A stretch of DNA of 61,959 nt, counting the filler. It is 4 parts of 4 records of this genome, joined end to end, with 100 filler letters (N's around TTAATTAATTAA, not from the genome) between each part and the next. Parts side by side here need not be neighbours in the genome. Positions count along the whole stretch, not along the records: positions 1 to 21,925 come from SRR20825019_974; 3 more parts are not named here. One strand, written 5' to 3'. Both the position numbers and the translations under genes were made by a program. The notes below the pieces were generated by a model. The model was not told the origin of the DNA. It did no database searches and was given only the letters and a program-made list of their open reading frames with translations. The number at the start of each line of letters is the position of its first letter. The stretch's first letter is position 1. This document shows, in pieces, positions 1 through 8,546 of this stretch.

Positions 1-63
1 CCGTCACCGGATCAGTCGGACATCCTCGCGATGCCGTCTCCCGATCAGTCGGATATTCTGGCG
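1..63 (+). repeat. 33-bp in-frame tandem repeat encoding PSPDQSDILA(M/G), at least 2 copies
   Basis: ccgtcaccggatcagtcggacatcctcgcg and ccgtctcccgatcagtcggatattctggcg encode the same peptide with synonymous changes. The repeat runs into the contig start. Confidence 0.85.
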
Positions 64-771
64 GGGCCCTCGGCACCTGAAGCTCTGGTGCCGGTACCAG
101 ACAGTGCTCCGACGGAACCGGTCATCCAGACGGGTGTCGCTGACCTGCCGACACGGATTGAACCGAATGTCTCCGCCGAGGAATGGATGCGGGCCGGCGG
201 CTGGTACCGGGGCGAGTTCGTCTTGAGATACCGGCCGACGGGACATGCCGACCCGTTCATGCGGGCCTGGATCGATATAGCTGCGGCACAGCCGGTTCAG
301 GAGGTCAATCGGCTGATGGGGGTGTTCGACAATGCCCAGGCGCCGGGAACCTGTCTGCGCTGTCACAGCGTCGACCGCGTCTCGTCAGCAGGCAGTGGTC
401 GCGGGGAAGGGGCTGGTTCGGTCAACTGGTCGCCAATGGGCTACGATCCCGCCGTCCGGGAATTCGTGCGCTTTGCCCACGCTCCGCATTTCAGCCTGAT
501 TGCGGATTCCGGCGGCTGTCAGACCTGCCACACCGTGATCCGGCCGGAGGGAGTTGCGAACACGGCAGCCTTCCAGGACCAATACAGCCAGGGCGACCCT
601 CATGCTGCCGTGATCTCCGGCTTCTCCCAGCCGACCGTCGCAACCTGCTCGGGCTGCCACGCACCGGGCCGTGCCGGAGACACCTGCACCCAGTGCCACA
701 CCTATCACGTCGGCACATTCCCCACCCCAACCGTCGCAACCCGGATGCAAGTCCTGACACCTGCGGAATAG
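1..771 (+). CDS. Multiheme cytochrome c, C-terminal part (5'-truncated at contig edge)
   Basis: Frame is open from base 1. Four CxxCH motifs (CLRCH, CQTCH, CSGCH, CTQCH) plus an FAHAPH motif typical of c3-like domains. Confidence 0.85.
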   Translation, partial: PSPDQSDILAMPSPDQSDILAGPSAPEALVPVPDSAPTEPVIQTGVADLPTRIEPNVSAEEWMRAGGWYRGEFVLRYRPTGHADPFMRAWIDIAAAQPVQEVNRLMGVFDNAQAPGTCLRCHSVDRVSSAGSGRGEGAGSVNWSPMGYDPAVREFVRFAHAPHFSLIADSGGCQTCHTVIRPEGVANTAAFQDQYSQGDPHAAVISGFSQPTVATCSGCHAPGRAGDTCTQCHTYHVGTFPTPTVATRMQVLTPAE

Positions 772-811
772 GTGAGCTTGATAGGTCAGGTTGCCCCATA
801 CAGACCGCTCA

Positions 812-1636
812 TCACCCGTCTTCATGTGGATCCATGCAAAAGACCGCATCGGCGATGCCCTTCGGGGCAGGATCCTTTTCTACATGGGGGAGCAGGATAA
901 CGACCGGCCCGACGTCTAAATCGGCAAGCTGTGCCGGTGTGCCATGGCCGAACTCCAGATGACCGCGGCCGATAATGCCGGCGATCAACGGTGCGGCGGG
1001 GGCGTTTCGCAGATTTGCTATGCGGCAGGCGAAGGAGCGGTCCCAGACCTGTTGGGCGCGCACGAACCGGTCAAATGCAGGGTCATCGGGGCCCTGTGAC
1101 TTTCTGGTCGGCGATCCGCCGCCGGTTATATCGAACAGATATTGGCGATAGGCGCGGGTTGCAGCCAGAGCGGAGCTGACTCCGTCGCGCTCGGCCTCCG
1201 GGATCGCGTCCCAGCCCAGTTTCCCGACTTCCGTGACCAGTGGCCGGCGGCAATTGAGGCCATGCATCGGAATGCGGAATTGCCGGCAAAACCGGAAAAG
1301 CGGCATGTAAAGCTCGGAAGGGAAGCCCCAGACCGTCCCCCATTCCGCGTCATCCAGAAAAGCCGCCTCGCTCGCGTAATCGCCGTCGGTCCAGCGCTTC
1401 AGCACCGGATCGAGGCGGGCGGGAAACATCTCGTACCCGACCGCGAGATCTTCCCTGAGGGCGCGCAGTCCAGCCAGCACATGAAGCTGCCAGCGATGTT
1501 GGGCAGCCTGGTCGTGCTGCTCGCCGAGAAGGACGGTGCCCGCCTCGGCGGCCATTTTCAGAACGTCGCCGTGAGAGACGGTTTTTCCGCTCTCGGGGCA
1601 GATCCATTGGCCCAGGGTAATCTTGCTGGTCATCAT
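812..1636 (-). CDS. ChaN-family (haem-binding uptake, EreA/ChaN/Tiki fold) protein
   Basis: Motifs VLLGEQHD, GYEMF, WGFPSELYMPLF, AQQVWD, GIIGRGH. The ATG at 1636 overlaps the upstream stop (ATGA). Confidence 0.8.
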   Translation of the reverse strand: MMTSKITLGQWICPESGKTVSHGDVLKMAAEAGTVLLGEQHDQAAQHRWQLHVLAGLRALREDLAVGYEMFPARLDPVLKRWTDGDYASEAAFLDDAEWGTVWGFPSELYMPLFRFCRQFRIPMHGLNCRRPLVTEVGKLGWDAIPEAERDGVSSALAATRAYRQYLFDITGGGSPTRKSQGPDDPAFDRFVRAQQVWDRSFACRIANLRNAPAAPLIAGIIGRGHLEFGHGTPAQLADLDVGPVVILLPHVEKDPAPKGIADAVFCMDPHEDG

Positions 1637-2316
1637 TGAGCCGGGCCGATGGAAAGGGCGCTGTCCGAGCCGTCCAGCAGGATGCCGCGATGCCAGCCGT
1701 CCCGCTCCTCCCAGCCGGAGAGAGTGTTTGCCGGCAGGTGAAGGTGGAAGTCTTTCAGGATGATGTTGAAGCATCCGCCGGCAGGAAGCATCTTGGCGAC
1801 TTCGCCCGCCCATTGTTGGGTGAAGAGCGGCGTCCCGATGCGCACCGTGACCGGCGCCGCGCCGATGAGGCTTTCAAGGAAGGGGCGTGCCGGATCGTTT
1901 TCGAGATCGGGCTCGGTTTCCTCCGATGCCGGCCAGGGGCGTGGGGCGATCGGGGTGCGCTCGAACTTCGTGAGATGCGGCGCCATCGCTTCCAGCCCTT
2001 CGAGGCCGGTGAAGGAAAACAGCACGTCGCCGTCTTCGCCCATCATGTCCAGTCGGGGATAGATCTTGTCACGCATTTCCATGGTGGTGTCGTACTCGAC
2101 CGAGACGAGGGCGGACGGATCGAGCACGAGATCGTGGCAGGCGCCGGAAATCCGGACGGATCTGTCCGCCACTTCGACCGTCTCGATCTTTCCCAGCCGC
2201 TCATGGACGGCTCCGTCGGCGCGGGCGCCGGTCTGGATCCGGTCCATTTCCGGCAGCAGTTTCATGATTTCGACAGGGGTGGCATTCAGTCCATGGCGTT
2301 TCACGGCATCGCTCAT
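1633..2316 (-). CDS. Putative HutX/ChuX/HemS-like haem utilisation protein
   Basis: AVHERLG near the N-terminus and DFHLHL in the second half resemble the two-lobed HemS/ChuX architecture. Translationally coupled within the receptor operon. Confidence 0.6.
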   Translation of the reverse strand: MSDAVKRHGLNATPVEIMKLLPEMDRIQTGARADGAVHERLGKIETVEVADRSVRISGACHDLVLDPSALVSVEYDTTMEMRDKIYPRLDMMGEDGDVLFSFTGLEGLEAMAPHLTKFERTPIAPRPWPASEETEPDLENDPARPFLESLIGAAPVTVRIGTPLFTQQWAGEVAKMLPAGGCFNIILKDFHLHLPANTLSGWEERDGWHRGILLDGSDSALSIGPAQ

Positions 2317-4088
2317 GCTGTGGCTCCGTTCTTCGGCAGATTATAGGATTGATCGGTTTCGCCCGTCTCCGGCGCGGCGCTGTTGCGCTCCCGGCCGGTG
2401 CCGAGCGTCAGTGTCTTGAAGGAGCCGAGTGCATCAGGCGGGCGATGCGCCGCGCAAATGATCATCGCATCAGGACATTCCTTGCGGACGAGGCTCAGGA
2501 CTTCCGCTTCGCTATGGGCATCGAGGGCACTGGTGGCTTCGTCGAGAATCAGGATATCCGGCCGGATGATCAGAACCCGCGCCAGTGCCAGCCGTTGCCT
2601 CTCGCCTGCAGACAGGCCCGCATAGCTTTCTTCGCTTGGCTTATCGAGAGCTTCCAGGCGATGGCCGAGGCCGATCTTGACGAGGGCATCCTCGACAGCA
2701 GTGCGTCCGACCTCTTCGGGATCATGCGGATAGGTGATCGAGTGGGCCAGGCCTTCGGGGAAAACACGGGAAAATTGAGGCAGAGCCAACAGTTTTCCTT
2801 CCGGCAGGACGATCTCGCCTTTGCCATAGGGCCACAGCCCGGACAGGGCGGACAGGAAAGTGCTTTTGCCAATTCCGGAAGGGCCCTGCACCCACACGGT
2901 TTCTCCTGATCGAAGACTCACATCGGGCACCGGGCTGAGAGCCAGTCCGAGAGGCGTGGTGAGGGCCAGCCGCCGGACATGCAAACGTGCGTCATGACTA
3001 TGACTGCGGTCGATCTCCCGAGGGGAGCCGGGAACAGGTGCCGGGGATGCCGCCGCTTTCAGCAAAAGATCAAGGCGCTCGGATACCGCCGCGAATTCCG
3101 CCAGATCGCGATACGAGAAGATGAACCAGCTTAAGGTCGTCGTTACCCGCGAGAACGCCGAAGCGAGCTGCATCAGGCCACCAAGAGTGACCGAGCCGGC
3201 GAAATAGGCAGGCAGGGCGAGAAAGGTCGGTATGCGCAGGACCGTCTGGAAATACGGCCGCACGAATAACCCCAGGATAAGTTCGGCGTTGGTCAGCCGC
3301 AGCCAGTTTGTGCGTATCATATTGAAATAGCGGGTTAACCTGCGGCGTTCCGCCTGCTCCCCGGAAGACTGGGCCACTTCGTCGGCACCTTCACGCACCT
3401 GGATCAGCGCCCGCCGGAAATTCGCCTCCCGACGTTCTCGCGTGAAGATAAGGTCTTTAATCGGGCGCCCGAGCAGGTGGGTAATCAGCGTGGACAGGGA
3501 AACGTAAAGGAAAGCGGCCCAGACCATGTAATGGGGAATGGAAACCTCTTGTCCCGAAACGGTAAATTCGAGCGGGAACGATGACAGAGACCACAGGACG
3601 GCGATATAGGAGCCAATTGCGACGATATTGGATACGAGATCCAGGGTTTCGATGAGAAGTCGATCTATGAAAAGGCGGCAATCCTCGGCAATGCGCTGAT
3701 CCGGATTGTCCACAGGACCGCTTGAGAAGCCGGGCCGCAAAAGCCAGTAAGCCTTGTTCGACAGCCAGGCATCTTGGACATGCTCCGTCAGTCTCTGGCG
3801 GAGAAACAGAAACAGACGTTTTCGCAGCCAGTCCCCGGCAAGATGAAACGCAGCCGATGTGCCGATCAGAAGGGCGAAAGTGCCCACTTCGGTTAAAGCC
3901 GCGAGGGCATCCTTGTTTTCTAGTGCATCGTAGAAGGCCTTGCTCCAGGCGATCAGACGCAGGGAAACCCAGATTTCCGCAAACTGGAAGCCGAGAACGA
4001 CGGCATAGAGTAGATAGCCGTACCAGGACCCGGGCCCTGACACGGCATGCCGTGTCAGGGTGAGGATCCGCATCAGGATGATGCGCAT
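2313..4088 (-). CDS. Fused ABC transporter permease/ATPase, SbmA/BacA-YddA (ABCD-like) family
   Basis: DNPDQRIAED motif, EANFR (EAA-like) motif, Walker A GPSGIGKS, signature LSAGERQR, Walker B ILILDEATSALD. Confidence 0.9.
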   Translation of the reverse strand: MRIILMRILTLTRHAVSGPGSWYGYLLYAVVLGFQFAEIWVSLRLIAWSKAFYDALENKDALAALTEVGTFALLIGTSAAFHLAGDWLRKRLFLFLRQRLTEHVQDAWLSNKAYWLLRPGFSSGPVDNPDQRIAEDCRLFIDRLLIETLDLVSNIVAIGSYIAVLWSLSSFPLEFTVSGQEVSIPHYMVWAAFLYVSLSTLITHLLGRPIKDLIFTRERREANFRRALIQVREGADEVAQSSGEQAERRRLTRYFNMIRTNWLRLTNAELILGLFVRPYFQTVLRIPTFLALPAYFAGSVTLGGLMQLASAFSRVTTTLSWFIFSYRDLAEFAAVSERLDLLLKAAASPAPVPGSPREIDRSHSHDARLHVRRLALTTPLGLALSPVPDVSLRSGETVWVQGPSGIGKSTFLSALSGLWPYGKGEIVLPEGKLLALPQFSRVFPEGLAHSITYPHDPEEVGRTAVEDALVKIGLGHRLEALDKPSEESYAGLSAGERQRLALARVLIIRPDILILDEATSALDAHSEAEVLSLVRKECPDAMIICAAHRPPDALGSFKTLTLGTGRERNSAAPETGETDQSYNLPKNGATA

Positions 4089-4092
4089 ATGT

Positions 4093-6393
4093 TCAGAACC
4101 GGACTGTCAGTGACGCGGTGAAGGTCCGCCCCGCCCCGGTCTGGAGCTCGATCGGGTTCTGATTGGCGACGGACGTGGAAGGCGAGGTCGTCCGGTCCGC
4201 GGCTCCGGCTTCGAAATATCGGGTGTCGAAAACGTTCTTCACACCGAAATTGAGGCTCGCCATTTCTGTCACCTGCCAGCGTCCGAAAAGGTCGAGCAGG
4301 GCGTAGCCGCCCGGCTTGAAGCCTGTGTCCGTGGAGACTTCCTGCACCGGCGCGGCCAGTGTCGTTACCGCCGAAAGGCTCAGGTCATAATCCGGGATCA
4401 GGTAATCCGCCCCGAGGACCGCCGTCAGAGGCGGCAGCGTGTGCGGCACGGTCTCGGAATCATCCGAGGCTTTCTGGTCGCCCTTCTGCCAGACCAGGCT
4501 ACCGTTCAGCCTGAGCCTGTCATTCATCTGATAGGCACCATCGACCTCAATACCCCAGACTTCGACGGAAGACAGATTGCGGTACGTGTAGTCGTTTGTG
4601 CCCGGCGGATTGTAGAAGCTTTGGATGAAGTTGGTGTAGTCGGAATAGAAACCGGTCACGCCGATATACCCATTACCGAACTGCGTCCGCACACCCGCCT
4701 CGTAACTGGTGACTTCCTCCGGCTCCAGGTCAGGGGAAGGCGTCAGGTCAAAGAAAGAGCCTGGCAGGGAGGTATAGAGCTGCTGGGCGGTCGGCATCTT
4801 GAAGCCTTCGCCATATTTACCCCAGACGGACCATGTGTCGTTCAGCCTGTAGAGTGCGCCGAGGCTTTTCAGCAGAGCGGTATCTTCGCGCAAGCGTGGC
4901 TCGGAGCCGTCGACGATCTGGTAATCGGAATTCGGGTCCGGGTCGATCCGGTAGGTTGCGTACCGAATGCCCGGTGTGATCTCCAGTCTGTCCCCGAGAA
5001 AACCGATCGTGTCCTGCATGTAGATATCGGCGCGGCGTGTATCGGAATTGGCGAAATTGAAGCCGCCCGCACGGGTCTCCGAGGTGGCACCGGTATCCAG
5101 ATTTGTGGTGCTGTCGATGCGGGTATAGTCGAGAACCGAATAGTCGCCGTCAAAGCCGAAGATCAGGTCATGGCTGGCGGGGCCAGTGGCAAAGAACTTG
5201 GTGGCCTGGACGTCGAGCTCGAAGAAGTCCTCGGTATAGTTCAGGGTATCGTCGATCCGGTAGGCATTTCCGGCCGATGCCGTGCCCAGTTCCGTCCCGG
5301 TTTTGTCGTATTCATGCGGGGCAAAGGCGACAATTGTTTTCAGGCTGTCCAGAAACGTGGTTTCCGGAGTCCACAGGTGCTCCAGCGCATACCGCCCGCG
5401 GGTGAGATCCAGATTGCGGTCATAGTCGTCCACATAGTCGCCATTGGACTGCGTGCCGCGGCTCACTGTGTAATCGACGGCGGTGGACCGCTTCAGAAGA
5501 TCCGCCGACAGCTCCAGGCTGTGCTCGCTGGTCGGTGCCCAGACGAGTTTTGCAAGACCGCGATAGGTATCGGTCTGCGTATCGTCGAGCTCGTTACAGG
5601 GGATTTGCCCGGCGGCGAGATCTCTCGGGCAGCCGTAGATGCCGCCATCGGCCCTGGCATTGCTGAGTTCGGCCTCGCTTCCTCTGTGACGCGAGAACGC
5701 GATCATGGATGTCAGTGTATCGGAAAGACGATAGGCGGCTGCGGCAGAGGCTGTGCCGGAGGTCGTGAAGCTGTCGAAGCCCAGTCTCGCCTGTCCGCCC
5801 GACTTCCGGCCCAGCAGAAGGTCTTCGGGATCCAGCGTCTCAACGGCGACAACGCCGCCCATTGCATCGGCCCCCCAAAGGACGGATGCGGGTCCCCTGA
5901 TCACTTCGACCTGCTTGACGAAATTGAAGTCCAGATAGTCGCGCGTGCCGTCGGTAATACGCTCCGAGACGCGCGAGCCGTCTGACAGCATCAGCACCCG
6001 GTTGCCGCCAACGCCGCGAATATTGAAACCGCCAAAGGTGTTGAAGGGATCGGTGGCGGTGGTTTGCCGCTCGACAGTCACGCCCGGAATATACCGGGTG
6101 AGCTGTTGCATGTCGGTAATGCCGTATTTGGTGATCGCCTCGTTATCGACGATTGTCACATGGGAGGGGATATCCTGCGTAGATGCTGCCTGGCGACCGG
6201 CAACGACCGAGATCGGCTTCAGCACCGTCGCACCTTCGGCGCCGGGCTGGTTGTTTTCACCGATCTTTGGGGGGGCGGTCTCTGTTGGGCTTGTCGTAAC
6301 CTCTTGAGCCTGAACGCTTGGCGAGGCGCACATGAGGGCGTAGCCAGCGACGATCGCTAGCTTGAGGGCCTCTCGGCCTTTGCGGTTTTGCAT
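4093..6393 (-). CDS. TonB-dependent outer-membrane receptor, haem/haemoglobin/transferrin-receptor-like
   Basis: Signal peptide ending VQA-QE, plug motifs NIRGVGGNRV and VEVIRGPASVLWG, C-terminal NVFDTRY...GRTFTASLTVRF. Start taken at ATG 6393, which has a GGAG RBS; alternative start 6423. Confidence 0.9.
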   Translation of the reverse strand: MQNRKGREALKLAIVAGYALMCASPSVQAQEVTTSPTETAPPKIGENNQPGAEGATVLKPISVVAGRQAASTQDIPSHVTIVDNEAITKYGITDMQQLTRYIPGVTVERQTTATDPFNTFGGFNIRGVGGNRVLMLSDGSRVSERITDGTRDYLDFNFVKQVEVIRGPASVLWGADAMGGVVAVETLDPEDLLLGRKSGGQARLGFDSFTTSGTASAAAAYRLSDTLTSMIAFSRHRGSEAELSNARADGGIYGCPRDLAAGQIPCNELDDTQTDTYRGLAKLVWAPTSEHSLELSADLLKRSTAVDYTVSRGTQSNGDYVDDYDRNLDLTRGRYALEHLWTPETTFLDSLKTIVAFAPHEYDKTGTELGTASAGNAYRIDDTLNYTEDFFELDVQATKFFATGPASHDLIFGFDGDYSVLDYTRIDSTTNLDTGATSETRAGGFNFANSDTRRADIYMQDTIGFLGDRLEITPGIRYATYRIDPDPNSDYQIVDGSEPRLREDTALLKSLGALYRLNDTWSVWGKYGEGFKMPTAQQLYTSLPGSFFDLTPSPDLEPEEVTSYEAGVRTQFGNGYIGVTGFYSDYTNFIQSFYNPPGTNDYTYRNLSSVEVWGIEVDGAYQMNDRLRLNGSLVWQKGDQKASDDSETVPHTLPPLTAVLGADYLIPDYDLSLSAVTTLAAPVQEVSTDTGFKPGGYALLDLFGRWQVTEMASLNFGVKNVFDTRYFEAGAADRTTSPSTSVANQNPIELQTGAGRTFTASLTVRF

Positions 6394-6499
6394 TGAACAC
6401 TCCGCGGCAGCCCGAATGTTCATTCGGGCTCATATCAAAGGTGATTTGCTTGCGGATGGCTGGCTGGGAAGGACGTGAAATAAACGCCCCGATGCCAGT

Positions 6500-6545
6500 A
6501 CGATAAGTCGGTGTTAATTTTTGTCAATAAATTAATTCAGTAAAA
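6500..6545 (-). promoter_or_regulatory. Candidate sigma70 promoter of the receptor operon within an AT-rich tract; possible iron-regulator operator
   Basis: Minus strand has TTGACA (6527-6522), a 16-nt spacer, then TATCGT (6505-6500). It overlaps an imperfect TGA-N9-TCA-like dyad (TGTtaatttttgTCA) in the only AT-rich patch of this contig. Confidence 0.45.
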
Positions 6546-6739
6546 GTAATAACTTACCTGCTTTCTTGTGGCGCTTTGATATTCTTTGTCTGTCCGGCCT
6601 TCATGCTCAAACCGGTGCTGCCACATCAGCCATCCGTGACAGATGCGGAGGCGCCTGTTAAAGACAATTCGGCGGCCGCCCCTTTGCCGATTCCTCGGGT
6701 GAACGGTTCCGCGTTCACACAGATGACAAGGGTCACACC

Positions 6740-8536
6740 GTGACTGAACTGCTGAAGCGTTTCGCTGCCTATTATCGTCCGCATCGCGGCCTGTTCGCGC
6801 TCGATTTTTCAAGCGCCGTGGTCGCCGGGGTGCTGGAGCTGGCCTTTCCGATCGCGGTGACGGTTTTCATTGACCGGTTGCTGCCGACGAACCAGCTCGG
6901 GCTGATCTCGCTCGCGGCGCTGGGCTTGCTTCTCATCTATATGCTGAATGCCGGGCTCCAGGTCATTGTCACCTATTGGGGGCATATGCTGGGCATCAAG
7001 ATCGAAACGGAGATGCGGCGGAAAGCCTTCGATCATCTTCAGAAGCTGTCCTTCGGGTTCTTCGACAACCAGAAGACCGGCCATCTGGTGGCGCGGCTGA
7101 CCAAGGACCTGGAAGAGATTGGCGAGGTTGCCCATCACGGCCCCGAGGATCTGTTCATTGCCCTGATGACATTGATCGGTGCTTTCGTGCTGATGCTCTG
7201 GGTGCATGTGCCGCTGGCGATCCTGACGGCTCTGATCGTCCCGCTGACGGCATGGGTGACGACGCGCTATGGCCGTCGGATGACCAGGACATGGCACGCG
7301 CTCTACGGCCGGGTTGCCGACTTTAACGCCCGCATCGAGGAGAATATCGGCGGCATCCGCGTGGTGCAGGCCTTCACCAACGAAGATCACGAGCGCAAGC
7401 TGTTTGCCGAGAACAATGCCGGGTATCTCAACACCAAGCTCGAAGCCTACAAGGTGATGGCGGCTTCGATGTCGCTCTCCTACCTGTCCATGCGCTTCGT
7501 GCAGGTCGTGGTCATGCTGGCTGGCGCCTGGTTCGTCGTACACGACGAACTCACGGCGGGTGGTTTCGTCGGTTTTCTGTTGCTGATTGGCGTGTTCTTC
7601 CGGCCGGTAGAGAAGATCAACTCCGTCATCGAAACCTATCCGAAGGGCTTCGCAGGGTTCCAGCGCTACGCGCAGTTTCTCGACACGCGGCCAGACATCA
7701 CAAACCGCTCCGATGCGCAGAGCGTCGACCGTCTCAAGGGCGATATCGAATATCGCGCCGTGCGGTTTGACTATCAGCCGGGCTCGCCGGTCTTCGAGGA
7801 TCTGAGTCTTTCCATCAAGGCGGGGGAGACCATCGCCTTTGTTGGGCCTTCCGGTGCGGGAAAGACGACGATTTGCTCGTTGCTGCCACGCTTTTATGAG
7901 ATCAGCGGCGGGGCGATCACCATCGACGGTATCGACACCGGCGCCCTGACGCTGAAGTCGCTGCGCTCCAATATAGGCATCGTGCAGCAGGATGTTTTCC
8001 TGTTCGCGGGCACGATCCGGGAAAACATTGCCTATGGCAGGCTGGACGCGGCAGAGGAAGAGATCGCCGAAGCGGTGCGGCGCGCCCGGCTGGATGATGT
8101 GATCGCGGGTCTCCCGAACGGTCTCGACACGGTCATCGGCGAGCGCGGGGTGAAACTCTCCGGCGGGCAGAAGCAGAGGCTGGCCATTGCCCGGATATTC
8201 CTGAAGAATCCGCCGATCCTGATTCTGGACGAGGCAACCTCCGCCCTCGATACCGAGACAGAACGCGCCATTCAGCAATCGCTGGCCGACCTGTCCGACG
8301 GCCGCACGACGCTGGTGATCGCCCATCGTCTTGCAACGATCGTCAATGCGGACCGTATTCTCGTCATTGAAGAAGGCCGGATCATTGAGCAGGGGAGCCA
8401 TGCCGAGCTGCTCGCCCGGCCCAATGGCCGCTACCGCAGCCTGCATGCGGTCCAGACGGGCGATGCGCCGGCAGAGGCGGCGATCGCCAATGATCGGACC
8501 GTGACCTCGCCTCGCGGCACTTTGGCCGGGGAATAA
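6740..8536 (+). CDS. ABC transporter, fused permease/ATPase (exporter fold, MsbA/ABCB-like)
   Basis: N-terminal TM domain, Walker A GPSGAGKT, signature LSGGQKQR, ILILDEATSALD, IAHRL. Confidence 0.92.
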   Translation: MTELLKRFAAYYRPHRGLFALDFSSAVVAGVLELAFPIAVTVFIDRLLPTNQLGLISLAALGLLLIYMLNAGLQVIVTYWGHMLGIKIETEMRRKAFDHLQKLSFGFFDNQKTGHLVARLTKDLEEIGEVAHHGPEDLFIALMTLIGAFVLMLWVHVPLAILTALIVPLTAWVTTRYGRRMTRTWHALYGRVADFNARIEENIGGIRVVQAFTNEDHERKLFAENNAGYLNTKLEAYKVMAASMSLSYLSMRFVQVVVMLAGAWFVVHDELTAGGFVGFLLLIGVFFRPVEKINSVIETYPKGFAGFQRYAQFLDTRPDITNRSDAQSVDRLKGDIEYRAVRFDYQPGSPVFEDLSLSIKAGETIAFVGPSGAGKTTICSLLPRFYEISGGAITIDGIDTGALTLKSLRSNIGIVQQDVFLFAGTIRENIAYGRLDAAEEEIAEAVRRARLDDVIAGLPNGLDTVIGERGVKLSGGQKQRLAIARIFLKNPPILILDEATSALDTETERAIQQSLADLSDGRTTLVIAHRLATIVNADRILVIEEGRIIEQGSHAELLARPNGRYRSLHAVQTGDAPAEAAIANDRTVTSPRGTLAGE

Positions 8537-8546
8537 AGAAAGGGTC

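Noticed and set aside
812-1813. 333-aa version of the ChaN ORF
   Set aside because: The extension overlaps the upstream gene by 180 bp; ATGA coupling at 1636 is the better start.
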